The translations under genes were made by a program, and so were the position numbers. This document shows, piece by piece, positions 59,805-64,000 of a DNA stretch of 64,000 nucleotides. This stretch comes from Diadema antillarum (taxonomy: Eukaryota), in contig NW_027271232.1 in NCBI RefSeq assembly GCF_040938485.1, positions 1,178,001 through 1,242,000 on the forward strand. The letters run 5' to 3'. How positions within the stretch are numbered: position 1 is the stretch's first letter; the number at the start of each line of letters is the position of its first letter. The notes beneath the pieces were generated by a model, which was not told the origin of the DNA, searched no databases, and was given only the letters and a program-made list of their open reading frames with translations.

Positions 59805-61550
59805 TATAACAATCAAAGCTAAATACAACGGAGGGGGGGGGGATCGGCAGAGAGATATGACGTCCATTTGCATATTCTGTCAACCTATCGTCAACACCTA
59901 CCAAGTTTGCTCACAAGATGAAACTTACGTTTTCAACAAGAAGATAAGTATGTTAAAAAAATGACCCCAGTTTAGTCTCAAACAGGGCACGGAGGGCACG
60001 GGAGGGGCATCCCTGGATTTGTCATTAACAATCTTGAAACACACACACAGCACTAACTTAGCTCTATCCCTTCTCGCACCAGTATGGTGGGCCATAGCCT
60101 GTATCATAGGCTAGAGCATCCGTGAATATGAATATCGTTGGTTGTAATTGTGGTTTTTGTTCAGATGTTTCTTCCGTTTTTGTATTTTTTCGTACCTTAA
60201 GTATCTTAGCCTTATGATGTTGTACAATTCGTATTTCTTTCTTTGCATTGCATTCTGCATACATCTAATCTGTGAAGTTTGCCGTTACAACCGATCTCGT
60301 TTTGTCCTTATGCTTATACACTCCTGGCATTTGCTCATTAATATCGAAGAAAAGCAAGTTGCTACTTGAAAAGAAACCATGTATGTATACTATTTCACGC
60401 ATAGATTCAAGTAAATGCAAAACTGTTCCATGCGTAGTATATAATTTGTCTTTATATTGTTTCATTTCACTTTCAATGAGCTTCTACTATGATATGATAA
60501 CAATATTTCTGTTTAGCTAAGGTCGAACCAGTGCAATGTACAGGGAATCCCATTTCTTTTTGTAGATACACATGTAGCAAGACTACGATGTGATATTTAT
60601 GGTATTGTAAGTAATACACGAATGTACTCTTCTACTCGTGTTTATTATCGTCCTTTCACTCGCACTCTGGCTGCCCACGCATTCACACACACCTACACCA
60701 GGCTCATCCATACACTCAATACATTTATACGCATACTTTGCAAAATTCATTCTCAGTGTTTCACTCAACCATACAAACGGTTGTAAAGAAATACATAGTG
60801 GCAGAAGACAACACATACTTACATAACACATACTTAAAAAAACATAAAATTCTTAGGGTAGGAGAATACGTATATAAATGTTGTTTCATATACTATATTA
60901 AACATAGATAAGCTCGGTATATGCAAAATACTTACAATGATTTCAGGGATCTATCACGTTTTCGTTATCAAAGTTTACTGCAGGCCAAGAAAAAGTTATA
61001 TTGAAGTGACATGATATATACTTTTAAAACATTTTTATGGTTCACTTTTGTGCAATTTGCTTACTTGAATATATTTCAAACAATAAATCACTATCTAGCA
61101 CTTTCCAAAACGCACTTTAATATTATTGCTTCATTGCTGCAAAAAAACACACGATTAAATTATCATAAAGTTAAACTCTGCAAAATGTATCAATATGAAT
61201 ACAAAATAAAACATTTGAACAAATTACCGTGCATTGAGAAACTGTTGTTTCAGGAATTAATTCATTTTGCCGATTAAGCGGATGTGAATATTTTATTACG
61301 GGAGGGACGGAAATACTGGTGGCACAACAACATTCTGACAACAAAACGAATCACCACCACCAATAATATCAAACTTAAAGTAACCAAAAAAACTTTATTC
61401 TTCTATCGCCTCAAACGGCGTCGTCCCAGTCTCAGTCCATCTTCTTTCCAACGTGGACCGAACAGGCCATACCAGGCCAGACCATGCGTATTCATGACAA
61501 TTCGTTTACAATTCTACCCATTACAATGTATTTGAAAAGCCGAAAAATGC

Positions 61551-62957
61551 TTAGACATCGACACTGAAAATTGTTGAATCTGTTTCACCTGTTATTTTTT
61601 CGCTGAACAAAGCTGTTCTTCTCGATGTCCTAGTAGTTGATTTGAACAACTCTCCTATCGCTTGGCGGAATTCAGGATTCCGAATTGTGTAAATGACAGG
61701 ATTTGCGCAAGAATTGCAGAAGGCTAGGACAACCAAAACAGAACTTAGAGGGCTGTACAAATAAGAAGTTGGCAAAAATCGAAAGTTGTACAAGAGATAT
61801 GTCGTCTGTGTTGGTGCCCAAGAGATGAGGAAAACGACGACAACAAGGAATAGAATCTTGAGAACACTTTTCCTTGCCACGAGGTACCTAGCTGACGGCT
61901 TTGAGTTTTTACAGTTGTAATCTTCTCCCAGCCATTGGCGGGATTGTCGATGTAGGACCAGTGCGGTGAGAGCCTGGGCTACAAGCATGATGACAGCTGG
62001 TATCAGAAACTGAACAAGGTAAAGCATACAACCTGAGGTAACCTGTGAAAGCCGTGACTGAAATGTCACAGCGCACTTGTCGTTCTTTGCACCAACCACA
62101 AATAATTCGAATACATTCGCAAGAAACGCAACCAGCCATGTCACAGCAACAACTCTGCCAACCCTTTGCCGTGTTACAAGACGCTTGAAATGAAGAGGGT
62201 GGGCAATCACAATGTATCTCTCTATTGGAATTAAGGTCAGAGTGAATATGGAGGCATCCACTGAAACCCACATTAACATGGACGTGTAAACCACCTTGCA
62301 GTAGATATTCCCTAGCCATGTTCCAGGAACCCTAAGCGGCGTAGGCAGCGGAATCATGAACACTGACGTGAGGAAATCCGCAACGGCCAGAGCACCGATC
62401 AATGTATCTGTCGACCTGCAAGTGTGGCGCCTTTGGAATAACACCAGGATCACGGTCAAGTTTCCCACTATTCCCAGCACAGACATTGCTAGTTGCGGAA
62501 TTGTCACCCATGTCCACGTAACTGACTGCCACTTCCAAAGCGGTAGAGAATCCTCATTTTGCCCGGTTAAATTCGGCGTACTAATGTCCGCAGTCTCTAT
62601 GTAGATTTCTGTCTGATTTTCATGGTTTATTTCAATCACATTAAGATCCGTTCGTGGAAATGTTTTGATTTGAATGATTTTGTCGTACTGTTGAGTTGTT
62701 TCGTTATGCAGGCCTAAGGATCTCATTTCGAACCGATTAGAAACTGAATCATTTTCTAATGGTTGGGCATGTGTCGTCAAATTGCCGTGGATGGCATCGG
62801 TGTTTGAATTTCTTTCAAAATGGACAAGCAGTGCCGCCGTAGTATTTGGGGTAGCATATTGAGGAGCTGTAGTTCTGACCGGTTGTGCTGTAACTGAAGG
62901 ATGAACCTTTGAAGATATGATGAAGAGAATGATCGTCCAAGTTTTCAGTACCCTCAT
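61551..62957 (-). CDS. Orphan class A GPCR paralog 7 (468 aa from ATG 62957)
   Basis: Intact 7TM ORF. The acceptor TTTTTTATAG at 62974-62975 precedes MRVLK. Its intron-homologous sequence runs to the window end, so the promoter is predicted off-window. Confidence 0.96.
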   Translation of the reverse strand: MRVLKTWTIILFIISSKVHPSVTAQPVRTTAPQYATPNTTAALLVHFERNSNTDAIHGNLTTHAQPLENDSVSNRFEMRSLGLHNETTQQYDKIIQIKTFPRTDLNVIEINHENQTEIYIETADISTPNLTGQNEDSLPLWKWQSVTWTWVTIPQLAMSVLGIVGNLTVILVLFQRRHTCRSTDTLIGALAVADFLTSVFMIPLPTPLRVPGTWLGNIYCKVVYTSMLMWVSVDASIFTLTLIPIERYIVIAHPLHFKRLVTRQRVGRVVAVTWLVAFLANVFELFVVGAKNDKCAVTFQSRLSQVTSGCMLYLVQFLIPAVIMLVAQALTALVLHRQSRQWLGEDYNCKNSKPSARYLVARKSVLKILFLVVVVFLISWAPTQTTYLLYNFRFLPTSYLYSPLSSVLVVLAFCNSCANPVIYTIRNPEFRQAIGELFKSTTRTSRRTALFSEKITGETDSTIFSVDV

Positions 62958-64000
62958 GCTTGTTCTTCTCTTCCTATAAAAAACATGATGATAAACATTG
63001 GTATCAAACATGGACATGCGTGGAGTTGTCTTGTCTTTTGTGAGTACTATTTGAGTGCACCATCATTCGATCTTCACTTGGACGTTGAAAACGTGCTATA
63101 GTAATACAAACAAATGAAATTACATCAAAATCGAAAATTAGACAGCCGTGGACTTTTATAATGACTGTTTTATGAAACATTGACATTTCGTGTTGCCATG
63201 TATGTAAAATCAGAGGATAGTATGTCAATGCTTAGCAAGTCTTCTCTGACCAATTAGTGAATCACCAGCATTACATCTCTTTAATGAAGTCATGAGACAA
63301 AAACTTTCATGTTTCGCTCATTATTGTTTCTTTGCTGTAAAAATTAATAAACCATAACTCTTGCGGACTTTGGTTGCTAATAATATGTATGGGACCTTTT
63401 TTGTCAGATATGTAGCTACCAACCAGCGGGAGAGTCTTTGGGTTACACAGTAATCATTACTTCTACTTCTATTTGGTTTTTGAGATTATGACCAATAGTA
63501 CTCTTTCACGAAAAATGAGTAAAACTTCAGATTTCGGTCATTTTCACCTCATAGTTTTACACAGTTTTAGATTTTATACAGTTTTATAAAGTTTTACCTT
63601 ATGCTTTTCAAGGATACACATTTGAACATACGGATTATAATTGCATGTTGACTGTGTCTACATAGCTTACAAAGACAATGTCTTTTCAGCAGAACACGTT
63701 TCGATCCAAATTTAGGTAGTTTTTGTCAGATGTTGTCCTGCCGATGTAATCACAAGACGAGCAAAAAGAAAAAAAAAACACTTCCAAGTCAGGACGCACC
63801 GGTAGGGCCTTCAGAGATATGGCCGAATTTCTGAATTTAGCCACTGAATAACGGCCTGAATTAAAGCCTGCTGGTAATAATTACAACCAATCTGTCATGC
63901 ATGATTGTATAATATCTACTGACTTCTGATTCATTGATTGAAGAGACTAATTGAGATAGTCAGTAATTGAAATAATAAGCAGGATCGGTGGGCTGACTCG

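Larger units (their letters stand above)
49078..59928. repeat. Youngest tandem duplication in the array: copy A 49078-54451, copy B 54452-59928 (~5.4 kb each)
   Basis: Co-linear, highly similar introns, promoters and spacers (e.g. 52440-52800 vs 57490-57850 and 53300-54300 vs 58450-59500). The junction is at ~54444-54452. Confidence 0.88.

Noticed and set aside
49078-59928. Units 5 and 6 as an assembly or haplotype artefact
   Set aside because: The copies differ by many substitutions and indels, carry different MITE insertions, differ strongly in TM4-TM5 and have a defined chimeric junction.
61400-61520. GC-richer segment just downstream of the gene 7 stop, possibly a retroelement 3' end
   Set aside because: No diagnostic motif, tail or target duplication could be confirmed.
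7533-62604. Recurrent short ORFs inside each GPCR gene (MAREC../MVR.. in an alternative minus frame; MNT[DE]V[KR]KS.. and MYK.. on the plus strand)
   Set aside because: These are shadow frames of the conserved GPCR codons. Their starts, stops and lengths vary between paralogs and there is no independent coding signal.
6992-62957. Assigning GALR/AstA-R gene symbols
   Set aside because: Only the general galanin/allatostatin-like class is suggested by the motifs. Orthology cannot be shown without a phylogeny and the family looks lineage-specific.
35734-63017. Longer N-termini given by the ORF track for genes 3 (35772), 4 (43941) and 7 (63017)
   Set aside because: The extensions cross the conserved splice acceptor, are not conserved among paralogs and would bury the signal peptide.

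Overview
AT-rich eukaryotic genomic DNA, probably a marine deuterostome invertebrate such as an echinoderm (inferred from the GPCR family type and repeat content; not provable here). The window holds a tandem array of seven intact, paralogous orphan class A (rhodopsin-like, galanin/allatostatin-A-receptor-like) GPCR genes, all on the minus strand, each with its ORF in a single exon. They sit in ~5.4-8 kb duplicated units. Each unit appears to carry a hidden non-coding leader exon: a conserved AG acceptor 4-21 nt before the ATG and a GTAAG donor 0.6-2 kb upstream. Upstream of the donor is a conserved CCAAT / NRF1-like / TATA-like promoter module. The array probably continues beyond the right edge, and an orphan promoter with no coding exon lies at ~4.6-4.9 kb. 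A ~17.6 kb transposon island between genes 2 and 3 contains decayed L2/CR1-group LINEs, a tRNA-like head beside an N gap, and a Helentron-type non-autonomous element with unusual cargo. Many MITEs are scattered through the spacers, and a ~1-1.2 kb-arm foldback opens the window. Most notable points: (i) the TM4-ECL2-TM5 ligand-pocket segment appears shuffled between non-sister paralogs; (ii) all seven receptors share non-canonical activation residues (Gln at 5.58, Pro at 3.47); (iii) a duplication breakpoint inside gene 6 gave it a new C-terminus; (iv) a 12-mer recurs with ~190 bp periodicity. All alignments and counts were done by eye.
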